Program-made: the position numbers and the translations under genes
Notes under the pieces: generated by a model
Told to the model about the DNA's origin: nothing
The model's database searches: none
The model's input: the letters and a program-made list of their open reading frames with translations, nothing else
In this document: positions 1 to 9,021 of the stretch, in pieces
Layout: each line of letters opens with the position of its first letter
Numbering within the stretch: the first letter of the stretch is position 1
Source: Bdellovibrionota bacterium
GTDB lineage: Bacteria; Bdellovibrionota_C; UBA2361; OMII01
Direction: 5' to 3'
DNA: 64,000 bases
Assembly: GCA_044345405.1 (NCBI GenBank)
Contig: JBIJBE010000001.1
Coordinates: forward strand, 1 to 64,000

Positions 1-2
1 AT

Positions 3-407
3 CCTATCATTATCAAACCCTTTAAGTGGTTGGAGGTCTTCGGAATATTCGAGCCTGAAAAGATTGAGATGATCCGTCAAAAGATCATCGCTCGAGTTAG
101 AGAGACCGAGCGAGCAAGCGCTGAGGCGCGTTTAGCCGCCGGGAAGAGAAGTGTTCCCCGTTCCGTGCAAGTTCGGGAGCCTTACCTGAAGCCCCACACG
201 CCTAAGAAAAAAGAGCGGAAGATCCACCTTATCTGTGGAGACAGGGAGCTACGATTGGGGCTCCTTGAACGCTTCAGGCAGATCCTCGACCGTTGTCGAG
301 AGTGTTACCGAAAAGCTAAGGAGGGGCTCCGTGTCGAGTGGCCCCCGGGGACCTTTACTCCTTGGTTTCCTCCTGGATTTACGTTTCCTTTGCCCGTTAC
401 GGCGTAA
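3..407 (+). mobile_element. C-terminal part of a probable HUH/Y1 (RAYT/IS200-like) transposase, truncated by the window edge
   Basis: Frame is open from base 3 (PIIIKPFKWLEVFG...). The C-terminus ...CYRKAKEGLRVEWPPGTF... resembles, from memory, the 'Y..A..G...V.(W/F)PPGT(F/Y)' tail of long Y1 transposases in Myxococcota/Bdellovibrionota. A repeat array follows. The catalytic HUH motif would lie outside the window. Confidence 0.55.
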
Positions 408-499
408 TGGGGCGGCAGAATCACGTTCATTTTTCGATCACAGGAAGACCCGTCCGTCAAAATATGACCTTGCCCGCCGTTCCTTGTCTCACTGTGGAC

Positions 500-855
500 G
501 GATCGCTGCACTGCAAGCACTGTTACCAGGCAGGCCAATAGTGCTGTACCGCAGATTATCCGCGGCATAACTGAGTGTTTTGGTTCCACGGTCCAGGAGC
601 AATTTAAAGTAGAGTGTTCCAGCATCTTGGGGGGAAGGATCGCTGCACTGCAAGCACTGTTACCAGGCAGGCCGATAGTGCTGTCCCGCAGATTATCCGC
701 GGCATAACTGAGTGTTTTGGTTCCACGGTCCACGAGCAATTTAAAGTAGAGTGTTCCAGCATCTTGGGCTGTTCCGTGGATTATCGGTCGCATAACTGAG
801 TGTTCCAGTTCTAGGGAACGGAATTAATTCTAAGTAGGGTGTTCCAGTGTCTTGT
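500..855. repeat. Nested direct-repeat array: 137-bp period unit x2 containing an 88-bp core present x3
   Basis: 500-631 and 637-768 are near-identical (period 137). The 88-bp core occurs at 543-630, 680-767 and as a diverged ungapped copy at 768-855. Motif G(A/G)GTGTT starts at 573, 612, 710, 749, 798 and 837. Confidence 0.95.
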
Positions 856-950
856 TGGAAATTGAGTCTCCATTCCTTAAGGTTCCGGATGGGCATTCCG
901 ACCGAGTAGCTGTATAGATCGTAGGAGACCACTGACTCACATAAGGGGCT

Positions 951-1931
951 ATGGATACATCAACTTTCCTCAAACGCTCCCTGATATTTCAGGCTGAGCT
1001 CCAACGTAACAGCTATCCTAACGCTTCGACGTTGGCGGAGTTGTGCGGTTGTTCACGAAGCACCGCCGTGCGAACGATCGACCGATTGAGGTACGAGTTC
1101 GGCGTGCCTCTTGAGTATGACGATTCAAGTAGAGGGTACTATCTCACCAAATCCGATTTCTCTTTCGCATCACTTCCCCCAGGTCGAGACGAATTAGTGG
1201 TGATGATCTTGTTAGGGGAGTTGCTCAACTTGATCGATGACGGTTCACTTAAGAGCGCGGTGTCCACCTTATGGGCGCATCTCACGAACGGACGATCCGA
1301 TGTGCACTACGATCTGGAGCATATTCGGGGTCGATTCACCTCTGAGACTACCTCAGTGGCAAAACTCGCCGATGTGGACCTGCTGCGCCTTCTTGATCTG
1401 AGCCACAAAGGACAACCGGTCAAGGTTCGGTATCGCTCCCCGTGGCGTCACGAGGAGGACAAGGAGTACCTGGGACTCTTTGAGCGCTTTCACTTCTCCG
1501 ATGGAATTCTCTACGCGATGTTCGAGGATAACCGTGGTCGGCATATCGTGTTTAACGTGTCCTTCATTAAGGAGATTACGGAGCTTGAGACTCTGCCTTC
1601 CCGTTCGAACGATAGTGTGCCCGCACAGCAAGGTAAGGATTACTGGTTGGAAGGTTTCGGCGTATGGTCGGGCGCCGAGCCTTTGAGCGTTGAGGTGGCG
1701 ATCCTCGCGCCTGCCTCACGTTACTATGCCGCGCAGACGTGGCATCCCGAGCAGGAGGATAGTTGGGAGGGGGATACCTTGATTCGTCGCTTTCCGGGTA
1801 TCCCGTCCCCTGAATTAAATCGTCGAATATTGAGTCTTGGTCGCTTCGTTCGCTCCGTTAAACCGGAGAGTATCCTTGAGGACCTTCAGAAAGACGCTCT
1901 GCATCTGAACGCCTTGTGCTCAAAGGCATAG
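951..1931 (+). CDS. HTH-WYL-WCX transcriptional regulator (PafB/YafY-like)
   Basis: N-terminal wHTH (YPNASTLAELCGCSRSTAVRTIDRLR...GVPLEYD...RGYY), central WYL-like domain (VRYRSP...GILY...FNVSFI) and C-terminal WCX-like region (WHPEQ...RILSLG). Confidence 0.9.
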   Translation: MDTSTFLKRSLIFQAELQRNSYPNASTLAELCGCSRSTAVRTIDRLRYEFGVPLEYDDSSRGYYLTKSDFSFASLPPGRDELVVMILLGELLNLIDDGSLKSAVSTLWAHLTNGRSDVHYDLEHIRGRFTSETTSVAKLADVDLLRLLDLSHKGQPVKVRYRSPWRHEEDKEYLGLFERFHFSDGILYAMFEDNRGRHIVFNVSFIKEITELETLPSRSNDSVPAQQGKDYWLEGFGVWSGAEPLSVEVAILAPASRYYAAQTWHPEQEDSWEGDTLIRRFPGIPSPELNRRILSLGRFVRSVKPESILEDLQKDALHLNALCSKA

Positions 1932-2083
1932 GCGCTCTTGAAGGCCCCGCGGAATACAAGATTTTCGTAGGAGTTGCGGAAGAACCACTTTGTTCAGCGC
2001 TGATTCCGTATGCTTTCCAAAGGACGGACCGATAGACCCCTCAAGTTGCTCAACGCAAGACGCGGGGCGCTCGGGAAGTTCCT

Positions 2084-3007
2084 ATGGTTACGCGCGGAAA
2101 AGGTATTCGTGATCTCTCTTTTTTACGGGGCGTTCGATCGGTAGCGAGTCGGTGCGCTGGGATCATCGGACAGGCTCTGGGCTCCGCGGCGCCCCGTGAG
2201 TCTGAGGTACCCCACACCCTTAAGGTTGAGGTGTTGCATGTCACGTTTGAGGAGCTCCCAGAGGGGAATCGCCGCGGGCACAGTCGGGTTTCTGTCGCGA
2301 ACCTCTCTACTGATCTCGTTGAACGGATAACCCTCTCCCTGACCCTCAAACAAGATGGAGCTGGTCCCATCTACACCGTTGAGCACACCTACGATGTGCA
2401 TGTTGAACCGGGAGATTTTATCGAGCTCGACCTCGACCTAGGGAGCGTCCCGCTCGATGAATCGGTTGGCGCAGTCACAACAGAGGTCACTGTTCTCGCG
2501 TCTCGTCACGTTAACCGGTCTGTGCCTACCTACGTGTTGCCGGATTCCTCGACCGGTGTGTGCGCGATAGAGGACTCGTGCACGCTCGCCCGAGATATCG
2601 CGTTGGAGCGGATTGATATCTCGCTTTCGCGTAACCTTCTTCGAAATAAAGGGTGGGCACGGGTTATGTATGTCATCCGAAATAACAGCGGTATTACGCA
2701 TTCCTCGTTATCTCTCGTGACACGCTTCTACTCACTGTCCGGTGAGCCCCTTGGCGAGGGAAAGGAGACCTTCATCTTAAGCGCGCTCGGGCAGAGCCGA
2801 GTAACGGCTAAGGTTACCTTGCGGCAGGTTCGTGGCCTGGGGGCTACTCGATTTCAGGTTGAGTTCGATGGCTTCGAGGATATCGGCCGCGGTATCGCCT
2901 TGTATCGTGGAATAGATAGCTCATCGCGCGTAACGGAGGCCCGTCCCGAGACGTGGGAAGGGGAAGAGGTCAAAGGCGCCTACTGGCTTAATCGTCCCTC
3001 GTCATAA
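2084..3007 (+). CDS. Hypothetical beta-rich protein, possible FxLYD-like/Ig-like domains
   Basis: 307-aa ORF. The segment IRNNSG...LVTRFYSLSGEPLG resembles the FxLYD pattern. Start uncertain. Confidence 0.6.
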   Translation: MVTRGKGIRDLSFLRGVRSVASRCAGIIGQALGSAAPRESEVPHTLKVEVLHVTFEELPEGNRRGHSRVSVANLSTDLVERITLSLTLKQDGAGPIYTVEHTYDVHVEPGDFIELDLDLGSVPLDESVGAVTTEVTVLASRHVNRSVPTYVLPDSSTGVCAIEDSCTLARDIALERIDISLSRNLLRNKGWARVMYVIRNNSGITHSSLSLVTRFYSLSGEPLGEGKETFILSALGQSRVTAKVTLRQVRGLGATRFQVEFDGFEDIGRGIALYRGIDSSSRVTEARPETWEGEEVKGAYWLNRPSS

Positions 3008-3598
3008 GTAGGAACTCTACCATGTATCCAAAGAACGGTGTGGCTCACCGGTCCTGCCCCGACATGGTAGGGTTCCCAGCGGTGTATTTGCAATCACTGT
3101 GCCCGGCATATCCTCTCGAAGTAATCAGGACTTGGTGTCACATGAGGAAGTACATAAAAGCACTGAGAGGTTGTCGTTATGAAAACTTTTCCCGATGCCT
3201 ACCGTTTTTCGTGAAAATGGAGAGATAGATTAAAGCTTTTGATAAAGCGCTTGGGAGATGAGCCTCGCGAACCTCGGCGCTTGTTTCCTCCCCGCTAGGT
3301 ATAGGTGCTGGGGGCATCGTCGTGCCACAGGTTGGCTTTCGCCAACGGGAACTCGCCCAAGGGACGTATCGGTGGGCTCCGATCAGTAACGCGCTGCAGA
3401 TATGATCTCGCGTCGGAAGTGATCCTCAACAATCAACGCGTCTTCGGCAGATCTTGGAGCGACATTTCCCGTATCTCTCGTGGCAAGTTCCGGCTACCGA
3501 AGGAGCCCCTGGTCGTGTCGTCTCTCATAGACGGGGCGATGCATCGTCTTGAATCAGGATGTGCTCCCTAAAACGGGTAGCTTGTCGGTCGTTGGCAG

Positions 3599-4819
3599 GT
3601 GGCTTATCTTTCCCCTGTGAGGCCGGATACCTTTCTCATTCCACTTTTCTACATCGTTACTGTCGTAGGCGCCGTCCTGGTTGCGTGCCTGACGAAGTGG
3701 TCAAGCCGTTCAGTGAGCGCCCAGTGTGGCCGCGCGGTTGTTGCGGGGCTGATTGGGCTTCTCGTGCTGGAGGTTAGTAGCCTCATCGCGCTGAGGGTGA
3801 ACTATGGGTATTGGCTCTACTCGGTGGCACCGAACCCGAACGCATGGTTGTTTGCGCAGCATCCGAACATGGTAGCGCTTATGCTCGGTAGTAAGCGGTA
3901 TGTCGTCGAGGACAAGGGACGGCCAGTAGTTGTTTCTCATAACTCCCTTGGGTTTCGAGGTGGAGAGTTCCCAGCCAAGGGGAGTGCTACGCGGGTGGTG
4001 GCGATAGGCGGTTCCACGACCTACGGGGTGGATGTATCGGACGACTCGACGTGGCCGGCCCTGCTACAAGATCAGATGGGAGCAGGATATGAGGTTTTGA
4101 ACCTCGGCGTCGCCGGTCATGCAACCGCGGAACACCTCTACATGATGGGCGCGGTGGCGAGTCGCTTGGAGCCCGATGTGGTTATTTTACACATCGGACT
4201 CAATGACATGCACTGTATGCACTCGCCCGAGATCACTCCGTTGGTGAATACATGTCACAGCGATCTCCTGTATCTCTCCACGGGGCGGTGTTTTGTAAGT
4301 AGACTGCCTCGACTCGCGATGATTCATGCCTTGGTTTCGACGATGCAAAATATCGGATTTGCTCCTCGATGTCCGGACGTGGCGAAAGGGCGAGATGACT
4401 ACACGACGATCGATGAGCGGGTTCTAAAGGATTTTAAAGCGCGAACAGCGGCCATAATCTCGGCCGCTCTTGGAATTGGGGCTCGCGTTATCGTTGTGCC
4501 ACAGGTCGGCTTTCGCCAAGGGGAGCTTGCCCAGGGGACGTATCGTTGGTGGACTCCGTACCTCAATCAGAGTTCACTTCCGGGATTGATGAAGGTGTTT
4601 AATCAAGAGCTTCGAACCATCGCTCAACGGATGCGGGTTGCGTACGTCGACGGCGTTGATCAGGTTGCCTGGACGGATGATCTCTATATCGACGTCAGCC
4701 ACCTTGGCCGGAACGGCAACGAGCGTCTGGCGTCACTTATCGCGCCGGAGGTGCGGAAGGTAGCCTCGACTACAGGTGACAAAGTCGCACTCGCAGCGCG
4801 ACCTCAATTCTCTGAATAG
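3599..4819 (+). CDS. Membrane-anchored SGNH/GDSL hydrolase family protein
   Basis: Two N-terminal hydrophobic helices, HNSLGFRG, block I GGSTTYG, block II NLGVAG, block III GLND and DxxH (DVSH). Confidence 0.85.
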   Translation: MAYLSPVRPDTFLIPLFYIVTVVGAVLVACLTKWSSRSVSAQCGRAVVAGLIGLLVLEVSSLIALRVNYGYWLYSVAPNPNAWLFAQHPNMVALMLGSKRYVVEDKGRPVVVSHNSLGFRGGEFPAKGSATRVVAIGGSTTYGVDVSDDSTWPALLQDQMGAGYEVLNLGVAGHATAEHLYMMGAVASRLEPDVVILHIGLNDMHCMHSPEITPLVNTCHSDLLYLSTGRCFVSRLPRLAMIHALVSTMQNIGFAPRCPDVAKGRDDYTTIDERVLKDFKARTAAIISAALGIGARVIVVPQVGFRQGELAQGTYRWWTPYLNQSSLPGLMKVFNQELRTIAQRMRVAYVDGVDQVAWTDDLYIDVSHLGRNGNERLASLIAPEVRKVASTTGDKVALAARPQFSE

Positions 4820-5120
4820 GATCTGAGTCGGAGATATCACCTGTTCCGTTCATCAACGCTTCGATTACCTCACACGGAAGTCTGGTTTTTTCGTGCAGGT
4901 GGTACACGCTCATCTCCTGAGCCGTCATCGCCTCCCGCATGGCTTGAGCGATTGCGATCTTTGACTCTTGCTCCGACAAGATGAGTGGATTGCCGGAGTC
5001 GAGGTCGTGTGCAACGGCGCGCTCCAAGGCTTCCACGGGAATCGAGGTGAGTTTTTGGAGCTCGTCCTGGGTTGGTGTAGGATCGCCGCGTGGCGGTTCT
5101 TGCTTTGGATTCATGCTCAT
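4770..5120 (-). CDS. Small protein with C-terminal XRE-like HTH
   Basis: ATG at 5120 has an upstream GGAG. The segment ...MSVYHLHEKTRLPCEVIEALMNG...IQRIEVAL fits an XRE-type HTH. Confidence 0.55.
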   Translation of the reverse strand: MSMNPKQEPPRGDPTPTQDELQKLTSIPVEALERAVAHDLDSGNPLILSEQESKIAIAQAMREAMTAQEMSVYHLHEKTRLPCEVIEALMNGTGDISDSDPIQRIEVALRVRLCHL

Positions 5121-5125
5121 AGTCT

Positions 5126-5776
5126 CTATTCTCCAAGGTAAGGGATCTGAAGATGTCGGACCTCCGCCGCTGAAAAGTAGAGGCCCCACATATGTCGGTC
5201 GTACACATGGGGATAGTATTTCTTAATAAGGACCGCTTGCATCAGCAGAAGCGAGAGGACAAGGAGGATAATTCCCTCAGAGCGCAGACGGGTCCTCGTA
5301 AAGACGATGAGGGGCAAAAGGATTGGAGCTCCTCCGCAGGCCGCGAGGGCGAGCAGTATTATCTCTCGGGGACGAGGTCTATGAGTCCTCGGAGTTCCAG
5401 CGACGAGAAAGAACATAATAGCGGTAATAAAATTAATCGCGGGAAGGTACGCGAAGATTGGAGGGAGCAAGAGGAAGTGTGAGAGCATGTAGGTTGTCGC
5501 CGCGACCATCAGGGGCCCGACCAGGCTCGCTACGAGCTCTCGTGATTCGAAGGATCTCGGTGGTTTCTCATTCAAGAGAAACATCTGGATCGCCGCGTAT
5601 CCTTGGGGTGTTTGCACTACTTCAAAGGAGACCCGTTGCCCAAAAAGAGGTGAAGTCCTGTGCCAATTCAGAACATCCCCTTCCGTGAACGAGATCGCCT
5701 GTGAGTTCCCGTCAGGCAGCACCAGGCCCGTATGAAGGGATAGGTCGTGTGAGACTATCGTACCAGCGAACGGCAT
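5126..5776 (-). CDS. Cold-shock-like domain fused to DUF1294-like membrane domain
   Basis: N-terminal CSD-like fold (GTIVS...GLV...GQRVSFEVVQTPQGYAA), followed by TM helices with RxREIILLALAACGG, resembling DUF1294. Confidence 0.65.
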   Translation of the reverse strand: MPFAGTIVSHDLSLHTGLVLPDGNSQAISFTEGDVLNWHRTSPLFGQRVSFEVVQTPQGYAAIQMFLLNEKPPRSFESRELVASLVGPLMVAATTYMLSHFLLLPPIFAYLPAINFITAIMFFLVAGTPRTHRPRPREIILLALAACGGAPILLPLIVFTRTRLRSEGIILLVLSLLLMQAVLIKKYYPHVYDRHMWGLYFSAAEVRHLQIPYLGE

Positions 5777-5925
5777 ACATGTTACCCCCTCATACCTTAG
5801 GGGAGATTTCGTTGTTAAAGCAACGTGGAAAGGGGGGTGGTGCGTGTGGGTGTGTCAGGCGTTTCGGCAAGGGGGCGAATTTCTTAGATAATGCCTGACT
5901 CCGGAGTGACTCTCTCTTCTCTGTG

Positions 5926-6900
5926 CTAGTTATTTCGAAAGGTCCTCTTTTTAAGAAGATAGAAGGCCCTCTTAAAGGGGAGAAGGTAGAGCCTGAGAGG
6001 ACTTGAGTAGTGTCGATCCTCATCATTTCCGATCCCGAACTCGATCGTTTCCCGCTCCTTTGGCACGTACAGAGAGCCGAATAGGTAGTCCCAGATCGCG
6101 AGGATGAATCCGTAGTTCTTGTCCCAGTGACGCTTCGCTTTGCTGTGGTGGATCTGATGTTGCGCGGGGCTGATAAAGATCGTGCTTAGGAACGGGCCGT
6201 ACGAGAGCCAGATGTGCGAGTGCCGGAGATGATAGCCGGTTAGGAAGAACAGATACGACGCTATGCCGAGACCATAGACCGTGTAGAGCGAGATAGAGGG
6301 GGAGACGAAAAATCGAGCGAGCGCGTCCGCTGTTCCGGTGAGAACGCCGATAACGGTCATAGTGATTATGTCATCGAGGGGATGCATTCGATACACGGTG
6401 AGAGGGGTGAGTACCTCGGCTGAGTGATGGACCTTATGGAACTCCCACAGCACAGGAGATCGATGCATCCAGTAGTGGGCGATAAAGGTACCGAAATCCG
6501 CGAGGAGCGCGATGACGATTGAGAAGAGGAGCGTCGCCCAGAGTGGGGATAGGGTTGTCAGGATAGTTGGATCGAAGACGGTATCGAGAGTGGTGTAGAG
6601 GTGTCGAGAGACGAATAGGCCGAGCCCCACAAATGGCGCCAAGATAACGGCGTAGAGGATAGAGTTGAGGATGAAATAAATGTAATCGACCTTCGCGGAG
6701 GTGTGGGTGTAGACTTTATTGGGGAATATTCCCTCAAGAGTACCGGTTGGTTCCTTGAGAGCGCGATTTTGTTTGAGATGAACAACGAGCGCGATGATAA
6801 AACTGGTAACGAGGTAGATAATAAACGTGCGACTTCCCGGGTTCGTGAAGGATTCGAGGGGGGCGAGAACGATGTTAGAAGCCGGTTTCTGATAGTCCAT
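5926..6900 (-). CDS. Sterol desaturase / fatty acid hydroxylase family protein
   Basis: His boxes HYWMH, FHKVHHS, HLRHSH and HQIHHS, plus NYG...WDYLFGS. Confidence 0.92.
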   Translation of the reverse strand: MDYQKPASNIVLAPLESFTNPGSRTFIIYLVTSFIIALVVHLKQNRALKEPTGTLEGIFPNKVYTHTSAKVDYIYFILNSILYAVILAPFVGLGLFVSRHLYTTLDTVFDPTILTTLSPLWATLLFSIVIALLADFGTFIAHYWMHRSPVLWEFHKVHHSAEVLTPLTVYRMHPLDDIITMTVIGVLTGTADALARFFVSPSISLYTVYGLGIASYLFFLTGYHLRHSHIWLSYGPFLSTIFISPAQHQIHHSKAKRHWDKNYGFILAIWDYLFGSLYVPKERETIEFGIGNDEDRHYSSPLRLYLLPFKRAFYLLKKRTFRNN

Positions 6901-6923
6901 AGGACACGAGGTATCTTACACCG

Positions 6924-7814
6924 ATGAGTATATCCAGACGAGCCATTTTACTTGCGGGGCTGGTTGTCACCGCTAGCTGGGGGGCACTTGTGGTGTATGG
7001 ACCGAGTTGTCCGTTGTGCAGGACCTCCACCGTGAGTTCGGGGGTAGTAGAAACACCGAGGGATCTTTCCTCGGCTAATCCACTTCCGCTCTCATCAACG
7101 GTTGAGCTCGAAAAGATGACGTGGATGGAGGTTCGGGATCGCATTAAGGGTGGCGATACCCGTGTTATCGTGCCCACGGGTGGTATCGAGCAAAACGGAC
7201 CGTTTGTGGCCCTCAATAAACACGACCTGATTGCGAAAGCGGTGAGTGTGCGAATCGCGGAGATGCTTGGCGACACATTGGTCGCTCCCACGGTTTCTTT
7301 TGTGCCGGAGGGGAACTTCGAGCCTCCCTCTGATCACATGAGATACCCAGGCACGATCTCACTTTCCTCGGAGACCTTCCAGAAACTACTTGGTGATATC
7401 ATCACGAGTTTGAGTTTGGCGGGATTTAAGGAGATCGTGGTTGTGGGGGACAGTGGCCAGAGCCAGGCCGACATCGTTCGAGCGGTGACCCAACGAACTT
7501 CTCAAAATACCCACGGCGCCTCGGTTCGCTACGTGTCCGAGTTTTACAACTATGACGATGTTAGAAGATTCATCAAAGAACGAGGTATTGAGGAGATACC
7601 GGAGCCCTTTCACGAGGAGCTGGCATTTTCGTTGCAGTTGTTAGCGATCGATCCGGAGGCCTTGCGGTACAACGAGCGTCTCGCGGCGGGGGCCGCGACT
7701 TTGGGTGGTGTTTCGCTCGCGGATAGAGAGAAGTTGACCGCTCTTGGTGGCGATATCCTGAGGCGCCGCGCGGAGCAGGTCGCAAAGGTACTCAAGGATC
7801 GCCCGGCTAGATAA
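6924..7814 (+). CDS. Creatininase family amidohydrolase with N-terminal signal/anchor
   Basis: LEKMTWMEV, VPTGGIEQNGP, YPGTISL and GDSG motifs. N-terminal RR plus hydrophobic segment. Confidence 0.85.
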   Translation: MSISRRAILLAGLVVTASWGALVVYGPSCPLCRTSTVSSGVVETPRDLSSANPLPLSSTVELEKMTWMEVRDRIKGGDTRVIVPTGGIEQNGPFVALNKHDLIAKAVSVRIAEMLGDTLVAPTVSFVPEGNFEPPSDHMRYPGTISLSSETFQKLLGDIITSLSLAGFKEIVVVGDSGQSQADIVRAVTQRTSQNTHGASVRYVSEFYNYDDVRRFIKERGIEEIPEPFHEELAFSLQLLAIDPEALRYNERLAAGAATLGGVSLADREKLTALGGDILRRRAEQVAKVLKDRPAR

Positions 7815-7819
7815 CTAAA

Positions 7820-7847
7820 AAGCCAGAGGGGTTTCCCCCTCTGGCTC
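7820..7847. terminator. Hairpin terminator between convergent genes
   Basis: AGCCAGAGGGG-TTTC-CCCCTCTGGCT stem with an upstream A run. Confidence 0.7.
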
Positions 7848-7874
7848 TCACGAAGCACGATCGTTTCGCTTCCG

Positions 7875-8549
7875 CTATTTCGCCCGGCGTTGCCACGCGA
7901 GTGGGCCGGTTACATCGAACAGCTCTCGTGGAGTATCGAAGACCTGATACGGTTTGACGTCAGTTACGGTACCGGTTTGCCATTCGAGAGGAGCTCCCCG
8001 ACCGTAAAGCTCTACGGGCGTCGCGAATACCTGAGCTGGTTTGCACCCGTTATTGTATCGATCGATATGCGGTCGAGCGAGTGTTGGGAGCTCGAGGTCT
8101 AAGAGGCTCTCAAGCGTGTCGCAAACGGATTGAACTCCACCAATCGTCGGGCGCTTCTCCTGCCGATCTGGGTAGTGTGTCGATGCGTTAACGGTGTCGA
8201 TGTACCAATTCTCCACCGCCTTCACCGCGCTAAAGAGAGGCACGCCAAGAGCGTTTTCGGTCGGGACCACAATTCGATTCCCGATGACGACTGTGCTTTC
8301 AGCCGCTGGATGCGCAGCGCTGAGAGAGGTCAGCTTAGAGTACAGCGCGACGATCGTTTCCTCTCGTGGGGCTCCTTGCTTTGTCTCGGCGAGGAGGTTT
8401 TGAGCAAGTTGATGAGCGCTGAGTAGTGCCATCTCAAGCTTCGTCTCCCAGGTCCGAGCGCAGAGATGAGCGGTGTGTGGATCGCGGGTCGCGAGGAGGT
8501 CCTGCGACATGAAGGGATCAAATGTATTGGCCGTAGCTGAAGCGAGCAT
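7875..8549 (-). CDS. Hypothetical protein with C-terminal duplicated motif
   Basis: 224-aa ORF with ATG start and AGG-like RBS. Contains QVFxTPxEL...PLxWQ twice. Confidence 0.6.
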   Translation of the reverse strand: MLASATANTFDPFMSQDLLATRDPHTAHLCARTWETKLEMALLSAHQLAQNLLAETKQGAPREETIVALYSKLTSLSAAHPAAESTVVIGNRIVVPTENALGVPLFSAVKAVENWYIDTVNASTHYPDRQEKRPTIGGVQSVCDTLESLLDLELPTLARPHIDRYNNGCKPAQVFATPVELYGRGAPLEWQTGTVTDVKPYQVFDTPRELFDVTGPLAWQRRAK

Positions 8550-9021
8550 GGGGATACCTACTATGTATAATGGTTACCTCCGCGGAACTGTGGTGCTCGA
8601 AATAAAGTGAGCGTCGGCGGAGGATATGTTGTTGGGCTCGATGGCCCGGGGGGATAAGTTAAGCGGACGGTACCATTCCCCGCTGAGCTATTCAATTCGT
8701 GCTCCGTTTGAGGCGTGTTGAAAAAAGCCCTGAAGTTCAATTGGTTGGGAGGCGCTTCGAGGTCGGCGCATCGTTCTTGTTTCCATAACGGGCTGTTCCG
8801 AACAGGGGGTGGCGCAAGCATGGGTTGCTCTCGGGGAGATGAAAGGAGAGGACCGTGGGGTGCACCAGCCTCTAGCCTCTTTTGACCTTTCAGGGGGTTA
8901 GTAGGTGGAGACTTCCCGCAGTACGATAAATATCCTTGGAATCATTGGGTATCGTGCTTACATACTAAAGTGATGGGGACGGTGAGCGTTCCCGGTCTTT
9001 TTTCTTAGTACGGTCAAACAA

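Noticed and set aside
500-855. CRISPR array
   Set aside because: Units duplicate whole blocks including the would-be spacers, the period is irregular (39/98/39/49/39), there is no 25-45 bp identical repeat with unique spacers, and no cas genes are in the window.
235-932. Short ORFs across the repeat array (235-570, 305-793, 614-799, 741-932)
   Set aside because: They overlap the repeats and the transposase-like gene, with no recognisable protein features.
3022-3777. ORFs of 68-88 aa between the 2084 gene and the SGNH gene
   Set aside because: No clear RBS or domain signal; they cannot be supported.
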